Origin: Alphaproteobacteria bacterium
Lineage (GTDB): Bacteria; Pseudomonadota; Alphaproteobacteria; UBA828
Reading direction: 5' to 3'
Assembly: GCA_965221125.1 (NCBI GenBank)
Contig: CBDCRW010000003.1
Coordinates: forward strand, 448,001-512,000
Length of the DNA stretch: 64,000 nucleotides
Shown: positions 7,957-17,754 of the stretch, one piece after another
Layout of the letters: each line of letters begins with the position of its first letter
Numbering within the stretch: the stretch's first letter is position 1
Program-made: the position numbers and the translations under genes
Notes under the pieces: generated by a model
The model's input: the letters and a program-made list of their open reading frames with translations, nothing else
The model's database searches: none
Told to the model about the DNA's origin: nothing

Positions 7957-8958
7957 CTAGCCGCCCGAGCGCGCGCGGCCCGCGCCGGCCAGCGGGTGCC
8001 CGGCCTCGACCAGGCGCTTGAGCCGCTCGTCGAGGACGTGGGTGTAGATTTCCGTCGTCGCGATGTCGGCGTGGCCGAGCATCTTCTGCACCGCGCGCAG
8101 GTCCGCGCCGTGGGCGAGCAGATGGCTGGCGAAGGCGTGACGCAGCGCATGCGGCGAGACCCTGCCGGGCTCGATCCCGGCGTCCTGCGCCAGCGCCTTG
8201 AGCAATTGCGCGAGGCGGTGCCGCGTTAGGTGGCCGGACGCGCCGCGCGACGGGAAGAGCCAGCGCGACGGCGCGCCTGCCGCCAGGTGACGCTCGCGCA
8301 CCGCCAGATAGGCTTCGAGGGCCGCGCGCGCCGGCGCCCCCAGCGGGACCATGCGCTCCTTGTCGCCCTTGCCACGCACCAGCAGGGATCGCGTCTCCGC
8401 CGAAATCGTCTGGAGCGGGAGCGACACCAGCTCCGAGACGCGGAGCCCGCTGCCGTAGAGCAGCTCGATCATGGCCCGCAGGCGAAGGCCGTCGGCCGCG
8501 CGCTTGCTGTCTGGCGTCGCGTTCGCGTCGTCCGCCGGGCAGGCAGCGCTCAGCAGGCTCTCCACCTCCGCCTCGCTGAGCACGCCGGGGAGCGTGCGGG
8601 GCAGCGTGGGCGAATCGACCGGCGCGGTGGGATCGTCGTCGCGCCGCCCGTCGGTCAGCAGGAAGCGGTAGAACTGGCGCAGGCACGAGAGCCGGCGCGA
8701 CGCGGTCCGCGCTGCGACCCCGGCGCGGCTCTGCGAGGCCATGAACCCGCGGATGGCCTCGGACTCCGCGTCGACCAGCGCGACGCGGGAGGGCGCCAGA
8801 TGGGCCGCGAAGCAGGCAAGGTCGCGCCGGTAGGCGTCGATCGAATTGAGGGCGAGCCCGCGCTCCGCCACCGCCATTTCGAGAAAGGCCTCGATGGCGG
8901 CGGAGTCCGCCGTGCCGAGCGCCGCTGCGGCCGATGCGGGCCGCCCCCTGCGCTTCAA
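7957..8958 (-). CDS. xerD: Site-specific tyrosine recombinase XerD
   Basis: SGLRVSEL, GKGDKER, HALRHAFASHLL, LGHADIATTEIY; TTG start overlapping the upstream TGA. Confidence 0.92.
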   Translation of the reverse strand: MKRRGRPASAAAALGTADSAAIEAFLEMAVAERGLALNSIDAYRRDLACFAAHLAPSRVALVDAESEAIRGFMASQSRAGVAARTASRRLSCLRQFYRFLLTDGRRDDDPTAPVDSPTLPRTLPGVLSEAEVESLLSAACPADDANATPDSKRAADGLRLRAMIELLYGSGLRVSELVSLPLQTISAETRSLLVRGKGDKERMVPLGAPARAALEAYLAVRERHLAAGAPSRWLFPSRGASGHLTRHRLAQLLKALAQDAGIEPGRVSPHALRHAFASHLLAHGADLRAVQKMLGHADIATTEIYTHVLDERLKRLVEAGHPLAGAGRARSGG

Positions 8959-10826
8959 AGCCCTGCCGCCAGCGCCGCCTCGAAGGCGATCGCCCGCGCC
9001 TCTTCGCCAAGGCCGGCAGCAACAAGGCCGGAGACCACCGGCCCCACGGTGGGCAGGCCGGCAGCGGCGGGGCCGCCGTCGCCCAGCAGGATCAGCGCCA
9101 TCAGGACGGTCTCGCCGAGCTGGCCCCCTTGGGCCGCCATGCGAAGGCCGTGCACCAGCGCCGGCATCGGTGCCGGAGCCGGCATCGGCCGCCCCTCGGC
9201 CAGCAGGCGATCCCACACCTCCGGGTCGATCTGCCCGCCGAGCGCGTCGACCAGGATGGCCAGCCAGTTGGCGCGCGCGAGGGCGACGGCGCGCTCGCCT
9301 TCCTCCGCCCGCAGCGCCAGCCACACCTCGAACGGCGCCGTCTTCAGGTGAATCTCGTCGCCGCTCAGAAGCCGCAAGGGCCAGAGCCGGACCGCGGCCC
9401 GCGCCGCCTCGGGATCGCGCTGCGCCTCCGCGCCGGCGAGCGCGTACCAGGCTTCGGCCCCTTCCCGGTCCCCGGCGGCGAACAGCGCGCGGCCGGCCGC
9501 GCCGCTGAACCAGACATGCTCCGCCGTGGGCGGGACGGTCTGCACCACGTGGGCGAGCGCGCGCGCCGCGGTCCCGTAGGCGCCCTGCGCCTCGGCGAGG
9601 AAGAGGGCCGTCGCCAGCAGCTCGGCCCGCAAGGCCGGCGCCGTCTGCGCTTCGACCGCCTGGAGCATGAGGGAGCGGCCGAGCGCGGGCTCCAGTGCTT
9701 CGACCTGCGCCAGCGCATCGGCCTGCTCCTCCGCCGAGAAGGCCATCTCCCGGTAGAGGGCGCGCAGAGCCTCGATGGAGAGAGCGCCGGTCGCCTCGGC
9801 GCGTTCGGCCGCCATCAGCCGGGTTCGCGGCAGCGATTCGGGCGCGGAGACGATGGCCGGCAGCAGGTCCGGCGGCGCCGTCGTCGCCGCCTGGGCAGGG
9901 ATCGGCAGCTGTGCCAGCCGCCAGGCGGCGACTCGGAGCGGCGTGGGATCGGCGCTGCCGTCCACGGCCGGCTCCGCCAGCCCGGCCATGGCGTAGATCG
10001 TGTCGTCGAAGGCCAGATCGGGCGCGGCGTCCGTTTCCCACAGGAGCTCGAGGCCGAGCGTCGCAGCCTCGATCAGGCCGGCGTGCGCCTGGCAGAGAAT
10101 GCGCACCCTGCGCCAGTAGCCATCCCCCCTCCCGGCCTTGCCCAAGACCCGCTCGCAGGCTGCGGCGTAATCGAGCGCCGCGAGCCAGCGGTCGTTCCTG
10201 ATCCGGGCGATGGCGTCCGCGCCGCCGGGCGGGCCGGCAGCCTGAAGCAGGGCGATGGCGGCGTCGCGGGCCCCCATGGCGGTGAGGCGCTCGACCCGTG
10301 ACATGGCCAGCGCGCCCGCCGCGCCGGGGCCCGCAGGCGGCGCCGCCGGCGAGGTGAGCAGCGAGAGCGCCAACCCCCGCATGACCGGGGACGGCGCAGA
10401 CGCCGGCAGTCGCGGCAGCAGGGCTTCGATCCTCGCCCGGCGCGAGCCCGACCAGATGTCGCCGGGGAAACGCGCGACGCCCGCCAGAAGCACGCCGGCG
10501 GCATCGGGGTCGATGGCATCGAGGGCGCCGACCTCGATGCCACTCTCGGCCGAGTCGGGAAGGGTCGGCACGGGCAGGTCGACTTCCCCCAGGTCGATGA
10601 TCGGCTCTACATCCAGAGCCGGGGTGCCGGCCTCGCCCGCCGCCGGGCCGCCGTCATTGGCTTCGTCCGGCTGCTCGGGTATCAGCCGCAGCGGCCCGTC
10701 GTCGTCCTGCGCGACGCTCTCGCCCATGGTCGCAGCCAGCAGCAGCGCGATCGAAACGAGGGCGGCGCGGGCGGCCAGGCGCGCATACCGGCCTGCCGGA
10801 GAACGGGCAAGGACGGATCGCAGCAT
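8955..10826 (-). CDS. Exported alpha-helical hypothetical protein upstream of xerD
   Basis: Signal-peptide-like N-terminus, acidic linker, GC-type codon usage, TTGA overlap with xerD; start uncertain. Confidence 0.8.
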   Translation of the reverse strand: MLRSVLARSPAGRYARLAARAALVSIALLLAATMGESVAQDDDGPLRLIPEQPDEANDGGPAAGEAGTPALDVEPIIDLGEVDLPVPTLPDSAESGIEVGALDAIDPDAAGVLLAGVARFPGDIWSGSRRARIEALLPRLPASAPSPVMRGLALSLLTSPAAPPAGPGAAGALAMSRVERLTAMGARDAAIALLQAAGPPGGADAIARIRNDRWLAALDYAAACERVLGKAGRGDGYWRRVRILCQAHAGLIEAATLGLELLWETDAAPDLAFDDTIYAMAGLAEPAVDGSADPTPLRVAAWRLAQLPIPAQAATTAPPDLLPAIVSAPESLPRTRLMAAERAEATGALSIEALRALYREMAFSAEEQADALAQVEALEPALGRSLMLQAVEAQTAPALRAELLATALFLAEAQGAYGTAARALAHVVQTVPPTAEHVWFSGAAGRALFAAGDREGAEAWYALAGAEAQRDPEAARAAVRLWPLRLLSGDEIHLKTAPFEVWLALRAEEGERAVALARANWLAILVDALGGQIDPEVWDRLLAEGRPMPAPAPMPALVHGLRMAAQGGQLGETVLMALILLGDGGPAAAGLPTVGPVVSGLVAAGLGEEARAIAFEAALAAGL

Positions 10827-10846
10827 GGGGCTACCGGGAGGCGCTC

Positions 10847-10975
10847 TCACTTCTCGAAGCGCTCATTGGACAGCACCTTTTCGATCTGGCCGCTGGGCGG
10901 CGGAATGTCCCAGGTCAGGAGGAATCCGATCCCGCCACCGATGATGAGCAAGAGAATGACGACGAGGACTTTCAA
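10847..10975 (-). CDS. 42-aa single-TM small protein (below ORF-track cutoff)
   Basis: TTG start downstream of AGGAG/GAGG; MKVLVVILLLIIGGGIGFLLTWDIPPPSGQIEKVLSNERFEK. Confidence 0.75.
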   Translation of the reverse strand: MKVLVVILLLIIGGGIGFLLTWDIPPPSGQIEKVLSNERFEK

Positions 10976-11142
10976 GGTGACGTGCCCTCACTCCTGAACG
11001 CAGGCGGGCCGCGAATCAGCCCGCAGGCGTGCGTTGCTTGTGTGCTAGAGTCCGATTATGGCGACGGTGTGGCAGTCTATCGGCGCGGACGCGGCGCTTC
11101 AACGACGCGCGATGCGGCGGGGCGGAGCGTGCCGCTGAGCCA

Positions 11143-11736
11143 ATGACGTCGAACGCAGGGTGCCCGCGAATCGAGTGCTCGATCGTCCTCGTGGGCCTGA
11201 TGGGTGCAGGAAAGAGCGCGATCGGCCGCCGGCTCGCCAGCCGGCTCGGCATGCCCTTCGTCGACGCCGATACCGAGATCGAGCGCGCCGCCGGGTGCTC
11301 GATCACCGACATTTTCGAGCTGCACGGCGAGGCCGCCTTCAGGGACGGCGAGCGCCGGGTCATCGCCCGCCTGCTGAGCCGCCCGGCGCACGTGCTGGCG
11401 ACGGGCGGCGGCGCGTTCATGGACCCGGAGACGCGCGCGGCGGTCCGGGCGAGCGGCATATCGGTGTGGCTGCGCGCCGGTCTCGACCTGCTGGTCTCCC
11501 GCGTCTCGCGGCGCAGCAACCGCCCGCTGCTGGCAGGGGGCGATGCGCGCGAGATCCTGCAGCGCCTGATCGCGGAGCGCCATCCCGTCTATGCCGAGGC
11601 CGACGTCGTGGTCGACAGCATGGACGGGCCGCACGAACAGACGGTGGATGCGGTGCTCGACGCGATCGCCGCGCACCTCGACGTGCGGCGGCGGGAAACG
11701 GGCTCGGAGCCGCCGTCGCTGGGGATCGAGGCCTGA
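11143..11736 (+). CDS. aroK: Shikimate kinase
   Basis: LVGLMGAGKS, GEAAFRDGE, LATGGGA, RPLL. Confidence 0.95.
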   Translation: MTSNAGCPRIECSIVLVGLMGAGKSAIGRRLASRLGMPFVDADTEIERAAGCSITDIFELHGEAAFRDGERRVIARLLSRPAHVLATGGGAFMDPETRAAVRASGISVWLRAGLDLLVSRVSRRSNRPLLAGGDAREILQRLIAERHPVYAEADVVVDSMDGPHEQTVDAVLDAIAAHLDVRRRETGSEPPSLGIEA

Positions 11737-11740
11737 GCCG

Positions 11741-12937
11741 GTGGATACGACCAATCCCGACCAACGACCCGCCGAGGCCCGGAAGGGCGAGACCCGGGAG
11801 GGCGACGCCCGGGAGACGGTGCGCGTGGCGCTTGGCCCGCGCAGCTACGACGTGCTGGTGGGCGCCGGCCTGCTACGCGAGGCGGGAGAGCTGCTCGCCC
11901 CTCTCCTCCCCGGCCGGTCCGTGGTCGTGGTGACCGATACCGTCGTGGCGGAGACGTACCTCGACCCGGCGCTGGCCGCCTTGCGGGACGCGGGCTTCGC
12001 GTGCTCCCACGTGACCGTCGAGGCGGGCGAGCACAGCAAGGACCTGGCGACGCTGGGCGGCGTGCTCGACGACATCCTCGGCCGCGGGATCGAGCGCTCG
12101 ACCGCGCTGATCGCGCTCGGCGGCGGGGTGGTCGGCGACCTCACGGGCTTCGCCGCGAGCGTGCTGCTGCGTGGCGTCCCCTTCGTGCAGATACCGACGA
12201 CGCTCCTCGCCCAGGTCGACAGCGGCGTCGGCGGCAAGACCGGCGTCAACAGCAGCCACGGCAAGAACCTGATCGGCACCTTCTACCAGCCGCGCCTGGT
12301 GCTGGCCGACGTGGCGACGCTGGGCACGCTGCCGGCGCGGGAGCTGCGGGCCGGCTACGCCGAGATCGTGAAGTACGGCCTCATCGATGACCCCGATTTC
12401 TTCGCCTGGCTCGAGGAGAACGGCGCGGCGCTGCTCGCGGGCGACCGCGACCTGCTGCGCACGGCCGTGGCCCATTCCTGCCGGGCCAAGGCGCGCATCG
12501 TCGCGGCCGACGAGCGCGAGAGCGGCAGCCGCGCCCTGCTCAATCTCGGCCACACGTTTGGGCATGCGCTGGAGGCGGAGACCGGCTACGACGGATCGCT
12601 CCTGCACGGCGAGGCGGTGGCGTACGGCATCGTGCTTGCGCATCGCCTCTCCGCAGCTTTGGGTCTTTGCAGCGAGGATGACGCGGCGCGGGCGGCGGCT
12701 CATTTCCGCGCGGTGGGCCTGCCGAGCGAGGCGGGCGCCCTGCCCGCGATCCGCTGGGATCCTCTCGCGCTGATCGAGCGCATGAAGCGCGACAAGAAGG
12801 TGCAGGACGGACGCATGACGTTCGTGCTCACGCGCGGCATCGGACGCGCCTTTCTCAGCCAGGACGTTCCGCCTGAGGCGCTTGGCGCGCTGCTCCATCA
12901 GGCTTTCGGCGAAGGAGGCCGTGCCGCCTCCCGCTAA
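11741..12937 (+). CDS. aroB: 3-dehydroquinate synthase
   Basis: ALGGGVVGDL, PTTLLAQVDS, LNLGHTFGHALE; start approximate. Confidence 0.96.
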   Translation: MDTTNPDQRPAEARKGETREGDARETVRVALGPRSYDVLVGAGLLREAGELLAPLLPGRSVVVVTDTVVAETYLDPALAALRDAGFACSHVTVEAGEHSKDLATLGGVLDDILGRGIERSTALIALGGGVVGDLTGFAASVLLRGVPFVQIPTTLLAQVDSGVGGKTGVNSSHGKNLIGTFYQPRLVLADVATLGTLPARELRAGYAEIVKYGLIDDPDFFAWLEENGAALLAGDRDLLRTAVAHSCRAKARIVAADERESGSRALLNLGHTFGHALEAETGYDGSLLHGEAVAYGIVLAHRLSAALGLCSEDDAARAAAHFRAVGLPSEAGALPAIRWDPLALIERMKRDKKVQDGRMTFVLTRGIGRAFLSQDVPPEALGALLHQAFGEGGRAASR

Positions 12938-12967
12938 TTCCCGACCACAATTCCCGACGATACGGCC

Positions 12968-14254
12968 ATGACGACCGAGACAGCCATCACCATCGGCGCG
13001 ATCGGCCTCCTGATCGCGCTATCGGGCTTCTTCTCCGGCTCCGAGACCGCGTTGACCGCGGCCTCCCGCCCGCGCATGCACCATCTTGCCGGCGAGGGCG
13101 ACAGGCGTGCGCGCGCGGTCGAGCGTCTCACCGGCGACCGCGAGCGTCTGATCGGCGCCATCCTGCTCGGCAACAACGCCGTCAACATCCTCGCGTCGGC
13201 GCTGGCCACGAGCCTGCTGATCTCGTTCGTGGGCGACGCCGGCGTGGCCTTCGCGACCATCGGCATGACCCTCGTCATCCTGGTCTTCGCCGAGGTCCTG
13301 CCCAAGACCTACGCGATCCGCGATGCCGACCGGGTCGCTCTGCGCGTAGGCCCGGTGCTGCGCCCCATCGTGTGGCTGCTCTCTCCCATCGTGAGCGCGG
13401 TGCAACTGGTCGTCTCGGCGACGCTCAGCGTGGCCGGCGCGTCCCAGGAGACGAGGCCGGCGAGCGCCGCCGAGGAAGAGCTGCGCGGCACCATCACCCT
13501 CCAGGCGCGCGAGGGCGAGATGGTCAAGCACGAGCACGACATGCTCCACAGCATCCTCGACCTCGAGGACGTCGATGTCGGAGCGGTCATGACCCACCGC
13601 AAGACCATGGAGATGGTCGACGCCGACGCCACGCCCGCCGACATCCTCGACCAGGTCGTGCGCAGCCCGCACACGCGGCTGCCGGTCTGGAAGGGCGAGC
13701 CGGACAACATCGTGGGCGTGCTGCACGCCAAGGACCTGCTGCGGGCGGTGCATGCCAACCTCGACGACCTCGACCGCCTCGACATCCTCTCGATCGTCGC
13801 CGAGCCCTGGTTCGTGCCGGAGACGACGCCGCTCGACGAGCAGCTTCACTCGTTCCGCGAGCGGCAGGCTCATTTCGCGCTGATCGTCGACGAATACGGC
13901 TCGCTGATGGGCCTCGTGACCCTCGAGGACATCATCGAGGAGATCGTGGGCGAGATTGCGGACGAGCACGACATCGCGCCGGGCGCGGTGGTGGAGCGGG
14001 CGGACGGCTCGTTCCTGATCCCCGGAACCGTGGCGATCCGCGACCTCAACCGGGCCTACGACTGGGACCTGCCCGACGAGGAGGCGGCTACGATCGCGGG
14101 CCTCGTGCTCAACGAGGCGCAGGAGATTCCCGAGATCGGCGAGTCGTTCTCGCTCTACGGCTTCACCTTCGAAGTGCGCGCCCGGAAACGCAATCAGATC
14201 ACCCGGCTCCGCGTGATCCCGCGCAAGGGCCACGGGGCGAGAGGCACCGCCTGA
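12968..14254 (+). CDS. HlyC/CorC (CNNM-CBS) family transporter
   Basis: SGFFSGSETA, AEVLPK, CBS pair, VDEYG, C-terminal CorC domain. Confidence 0.92.
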   Translation: MTTETAITIGAIGLLIALSGFFSGSETALTAASRPRMHHLAGEGDRRARAVERLTGDRERLIGAILLGNNAVNILASALATSLLISFVGDAGVAFATIGMTLVILVFAEVLPKTYAIRDADRVALRVGPVLRPIVWLLSPIVSAVQLVVSATLSVAGASQETRPASAAEEELRGTITLQAREGEMVKHEHDMLHSILDLEDVDVGAVMTHRKTMEMVDADATPADILDQVVRSPHTRLPVWKGEPDNIVGVLHAKDLLRAVHANLDDLDRLDILSIVAEPWFVPETTPLDEQLHSFRERQAHFALIVDEYGSLMGLVTLEDIIEEIVGEIADEHDIAPGAVVERADGSFLIPGTVAIRDLNRAYDWDLPDEEAATIAGLVLNEAQEIPEIGESFSLYGFTFEVRARKRNQITRLRVIPRKGHGARGTA

Positions 14255-14431
14255 CGCATCCCGGCCGGACCTGCGGCGAGCTTGCGAATCCGGCGCGGGA
14301 CCCCATATGCCGCGGGCTAAGCAGGCGGCCTCAAGCCATGCCGGCGGTGCCAAAAAGCACATTCCGATTATCTGAAATGCAAATTTCCGCGCGTGTCGTG
14401 CTATATGGGCGCAAGGTGAGCGGGCGACTCG

Positions 14432-15388
14432 ATGACCAGTTACCTCGATTTCGAAAAGCCGATCGCGGAGATTGAGGGCAAGCTCCAGGAGCTTCGCCAT
14501 CTCAGCGACGACAGCGGCGTCAACATGCTCGACGAGGTTTCGCGCCTCGAGGGCAAGGTCGACCGCCTGCTGCGCCAGACCTACAGCCGCCTCACGCCGT
14601 GGCAGAAGACGCAGGTCGCCCGCCATCAGCTCCGGCCGCACTGCTCCGACTACATCGCGCGGCTCGTCACCGACTTCGTGCCGCTCGCGGGCGACCGCGC
14701 CTTCGGCGAGGACCGCGCCGTCATCGGCGGGCTCGGGCGCCTGCGCGGCCACACCACCATGGTGATCGGCCAGGAGAAGGGCGCCGATACCGAGGGCCGG
14801 GTCGCGCACAACTTCGGCATGGCCAACCCGGAGGGCTACCGCAAGGCGGAGCGGCTGCTGAGGCTGGCGGAGCGCTTCCAGGTGCCGGTGCTGACGCTGA
14901 TCGACACGCCGGGCGCCCATCCCGGCGTCGGCGCCGAGGAGCGCGGGCAGGCCGAGGCCATCGCGCGCTGCATCGAGGCCTGCCTCGACGTGCGGGTGCC
15001 GATGGTCGCGCTGGTCATCGGCGAGGGCGGCTCGGGCGGGGCGATCGCGCTCGGCGTCGCCAACCGGGTGCTGATGATGGAGCACGCGGTCTACTCGGTG
15101 ATCTCGCCCGAGGGCTGCGCGTCGATCCTCTGGCGCGACGCGGCCCACGCGGAAGTGGCGGCGGAGGCGCTCCGGCTCACGTCGGAGGACCTGCTGGAGC
15201 TCGGCGTGATCGATACCATCGTGCCCGAGCCCGTGGGCGGCGCGCACCGCGATGCGGTGAGCGCGATCGACGAAGCCGGCGCAGCGCTGGAGGAGGCCTT
15301 CACGGCGCTGCGCGGCCTCGACGGCGCGGCGCTCCGCAGCCAGCGCCGGAAGAAGTACCTGGCGCTCGGCAGCATCGCCGAGGATTAG
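14432..15388 (+). CDS. accA: Acetyl-CoA carboxylase carboxyltransferase alpha subunit
   Basis: [38 protein letters not shown]. Confidence 0.97.
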   Translation: MTSYLDFEKPIAEIEGKLQELRHLSDDSGVNMLDEVSRLEGKVDRLLRQTYSRLTPWQKTQVARHQLRPHCSDYIARLVTDFVPLAGDRAFGEDRAVIGGLGRLRGHTTMVIGQEKGADTEGRVAHNFGMANPEGYRKAERLLRLAERFQVPVLTLIDTPGAHPGVGAEERGQAEAIARCIEACLDVRVPMVALVIGEGGSGGAIALGVANRVLMMEHAVYSVISPEGCASILWRDAAHAEVAAEALRLTSEDLLELGVIDTIVPEPVGGAHRDAVSAIDEAGAALEEAFTALRGLDGAALRSQRRKKYLALGSIAED

Positions 15389-15532
15389 CGCGCGTCCGAC
15401 TTTACGGACGCGCGACAGGCCGCGACAGCGGCCCGCCGCGTATGCGGCGCGCCCGCGCAGGCGTTGGCCGCAGGCCAACTGCCGTGAGCGAAAATGCGTG
15501 GAGCGCGTCCGACTCTGACGGACGCGCTCTAG
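15386..15532. repeat. Palindromic mosaic element family A, copy 3
   Basis: Runs from the accA TAG to the ccmC TAG; two GCGCGTCCG...CGGACGCGC terminal hairpins around the shared core. Confidence 0.88.
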
Positions 15533-16302
15533 CGCGAGACCTGGGCCAGCCGCAGGTTGCGGATGCGGCGATTCGCGATCTCGGCGCGCACGCGCGGGAT
15601 CAGCACCGTCAGATAGTAGGCCATGAAGCCCGCCGCCATGAGCAGCAGGGGTGCGACCATGGAGCTGTCGATGGAGGGCGAGTCGATCTTCGAGATCGTC
15701 GCCGGCTGGTGCAGCGTGTTCCACCAGTCGACCGAGAACTTGACGATGGGCACGTTGACCACGCCCACCAGCGCCAGGATCGCGGCGACGCGCGCACCCT
15801 TGGCCGGGTCGTCGAAGGCGGCGTGCAGCGCGATGTAGCCGAGGTAGAGGAAGAGCAGCACCAGCATCGAGGTGAGCCGCGCGTCCCACACCCACCAGGT
15901 GCCCCACATCGGCTGGCCCCAGAGCGAGCCGCTCAGGAGCGTGATGAGGGTGAAGGCGGCGCCGACCGGGGCACTGGATTTCGCCACCAGGTCCGCCAGC
16001 GGATGACGCCAGACCAGGCCGGCGACGCTGCAGAGCGCGATGACGACGTAGACGAAGAGCGACATCCACGCCGCCGGCACGTGGACGAAGATGATGCGGT
16101 AGGCGTCGCCCTGCTGGTAGTCGGGCGGCGCCACGTAGAGGCCGAGCACCAGGCCGGCGGCGATCAGCGCTGCGGTCGCGGCCGCCGCCCAGGGATAGAC
16201 CGCGCGGGCAACGCGGAGGAAGCGGGCCGGATTGGCGAAGAAGTGGATGCTGGCCCATCCGGTCCTCCCCCGCCGCGCCGCCGCTCTCGCCCGTGTCGCC
16301 AT
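15529..16302 (-). CDS. ccmC: Heme exporter CcmC
   Basis: IIFVHVPAAW, WGQPMWGTWWVWDARLTS (WWD motif), WWNTLHQ. Confidence 0.96.
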   Translation of the reverse strand: MATRARAAARRGRTGWASIHFFANPARFLRVARAVYPWAAAATAALIAAGLVLGLYVAPPDYQQGDAYRIIFVHVPAAWMSLFVYVVIALCSVAGLVWRHPLADLVAKSSAPVGAAFTLITLLSGSLWGQPMWGTWWVWDARLTSMLVLLFLYLGYIALHAAFDDPAKGARVAAILALVGVVNVPIVKFSVDWWNTLHQPATISKIDSPSIDSSMVAPLLLMAAGFMAYYLTVLIPRVRAEIANRRIRNLRLAQVSR

Positions 16303-16315
16303 CGTCGCCTTCGAC

Positions 16316-16984
16316 CTATTCCACCGTCATGCGGAGCGCTGCCGCCGCAGCCACCGGGCCCAGCACCAGCGCGCCCACCAGCCCGCCCGCCAGGATCGAG
16401 AGGTTCGCGCGCACGCCGATGTCGAGCACGGCCCCTTCGACCGCGCCAACCCCGAATATGAGAACGGGAACATAGAGCGGCAAGACCAGAAGCGCGATCA
16501 GCGCGCCGCCGCGCCGCAGGCTCACGGTGAGCGCCGCGCCCACCGCGCCGATCAGGCTGAGGATGGGCGTGCCCAGCAGGAGCGAGACGATCAGGATGAC
16601 GAGGCCGTCCGCGCTCATGTTCAGGAGCAGTGCCAGGATCGGCGCTGCGGCGGCGAGCGGGAGCCCGGTGGTGAGCCAGTGCGCGACGGTCTTGGCCAGC
16701 ACGACGAACTCCAGCGGCAGCGTGCCGAGCATCAACTGCTCGAGGCTGCCGTCCTCGTGGTCGGCGACGAAGAGGCGATCCAACGAGAGCAGCGCGGCGA
16801 GCAGCGCGGCGACCCAGACGGCGCCGGGCGCGATGCGGCTGAGCAGGCCCAGCTCCGGCCCGATGCCGAGGGGAAAGAGCGTCACCGCGATGACGAAGAA
16901 GAGCACCGCCATCAGGGAGCCGATGCCGCCCCGCACGGCGAGCGTGAGCTCGCGGCCGATGAGCCGGAGGAAGACGCCTACCAT
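16316..16984 (-). CDS. ccmB: Heme exporter CcmB
   Basis: LFPLGIGP, DHEDGSLEQL, LVLPLYVPVLIFG. Confidence 0.95.
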   Translation of the reverse strand: MVGVFLRLIGRELTLAVRGGIGSLMAVLFFVIAVTLFPLGIGPELGLLSRIAPGAVWVAALLAALLSLDRLFVADHEDGSLEQLMLGTLPLEFVVLAKTVAHWLTTGLPLAAAAPILALLLNMSADGLVILIVSLLLGTPILSLIGAVGAALTVSLRRGGALIALLVLPLYVPVLIFGVGAVEGAVLDIGVRANLSILAGGLVGALVLGPVAAAAALRMTVE

Positions 16985-17748
16985 GCGTCCTCCTCCGGCC
17001 CGGAGTCGTCGCCGGCCGGCAGCGCGTCGGCCGTTATCGCGTGGCTGCCGAGGTCGAGACGCCGGGCGCCGTCGAGCGCGATCTCCCCGTGCGTCGCCAC
17101 GATCGCCATGCCGCCGCCGGCCCGGTGCGCGGCGATCATGGCATCGACGCGGGCGGCCGCGTCGGCGTCGAGCGTGACGGTCGGCTCGTCGAGCAGCCAG
17201 AGCGAGGCCGGCGTCGCCAGCACGCGGGCGAGCGCCAGCCGCCGCTTCTGCCCGGCCGAGAGATAGCGCCCCGGCACGTCGGCGAGGTCCGCGATGCCGA
17301 GCGCCGCGAGCGCGTCCGGCGCGGCCCGCGCGGCGCCCCTGAAGCGTGCCCAGCCGTCCAGGTTCTCCGCCACCGTAAGCGTCGGTTTCACCGCGTCGAG
17401 GTGGCCCACGTAGTGCAGGCGGCCGCGATGGGCGGCCCAGTCCTCGTCAACGGGCGCACCCTCCCACTCGAGCGTTCCGCCGGCCGACTTGAGGAAGCCG
17501 GCGAGGATGCGGAGCAGGCTCGACTTGCCCGCGCCGTTGGGCCCGACGAGCGCGAGCGCGCCGCCGCGCTCCAGGCGGAACGAGACCCCGGAGAAGACCG
17601 AGCGCTCCCCACGGATGCAGGCCACGTCGTGCGCCTCTAAGCAGGCGGGGGACGACGTGAGCCGTGACGCTGGTGAGGTATGCGGGCTAGCCGGGCCGGG
17701 AATCTTGCACCCCTCTCCGGTCGAGCCTAGAAGGTCCGGGGACGCCAA
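16978..17748 (-). CDS. ccmA: Heme exporter ATPase CcmA
   Basis: GPNGAGKS, LSAGQKRR, WLLDEP; next to ccmB; true start may be further downstream. Confidence 0.92.
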   Translation of the reverse strand: MASPDLLGSTGEGCKIPGPASPHTSPASRLTSSPACLEAHDVACIRGERSVFSGVSFRLERGGALALVGPNGAGKSSLLRILAGFLKSAGGTLEWEGAPVDEDWAAHRGRLHYVGHLDAVKPTLTVAENLDGWARFRGAARAAPDALAALGIADLADVPGRYLSAGQKRRLALARVLATPASLWLLDEPTVTLDADAAARVDAMIAAHRAGGGMAIVATHGEIALDGARRLDLGSHAITADALPAGDDSGPEEDAW

Positions 17749-17754
17749 GCCTAT

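Noticed and set aside
7957-8958. Phage or island integrase
   Set aside because: Sequence and aroK/aroB neighbourhood fit housekeeping XerD
13019-16258. Very long alternative-frame ORFs (also 33040..36219, 3007..5385 and the 5' part of 22448..25372)
   Set aside because: Shadow ORFs expected in high-GC DNA, overlapping well-supported genes
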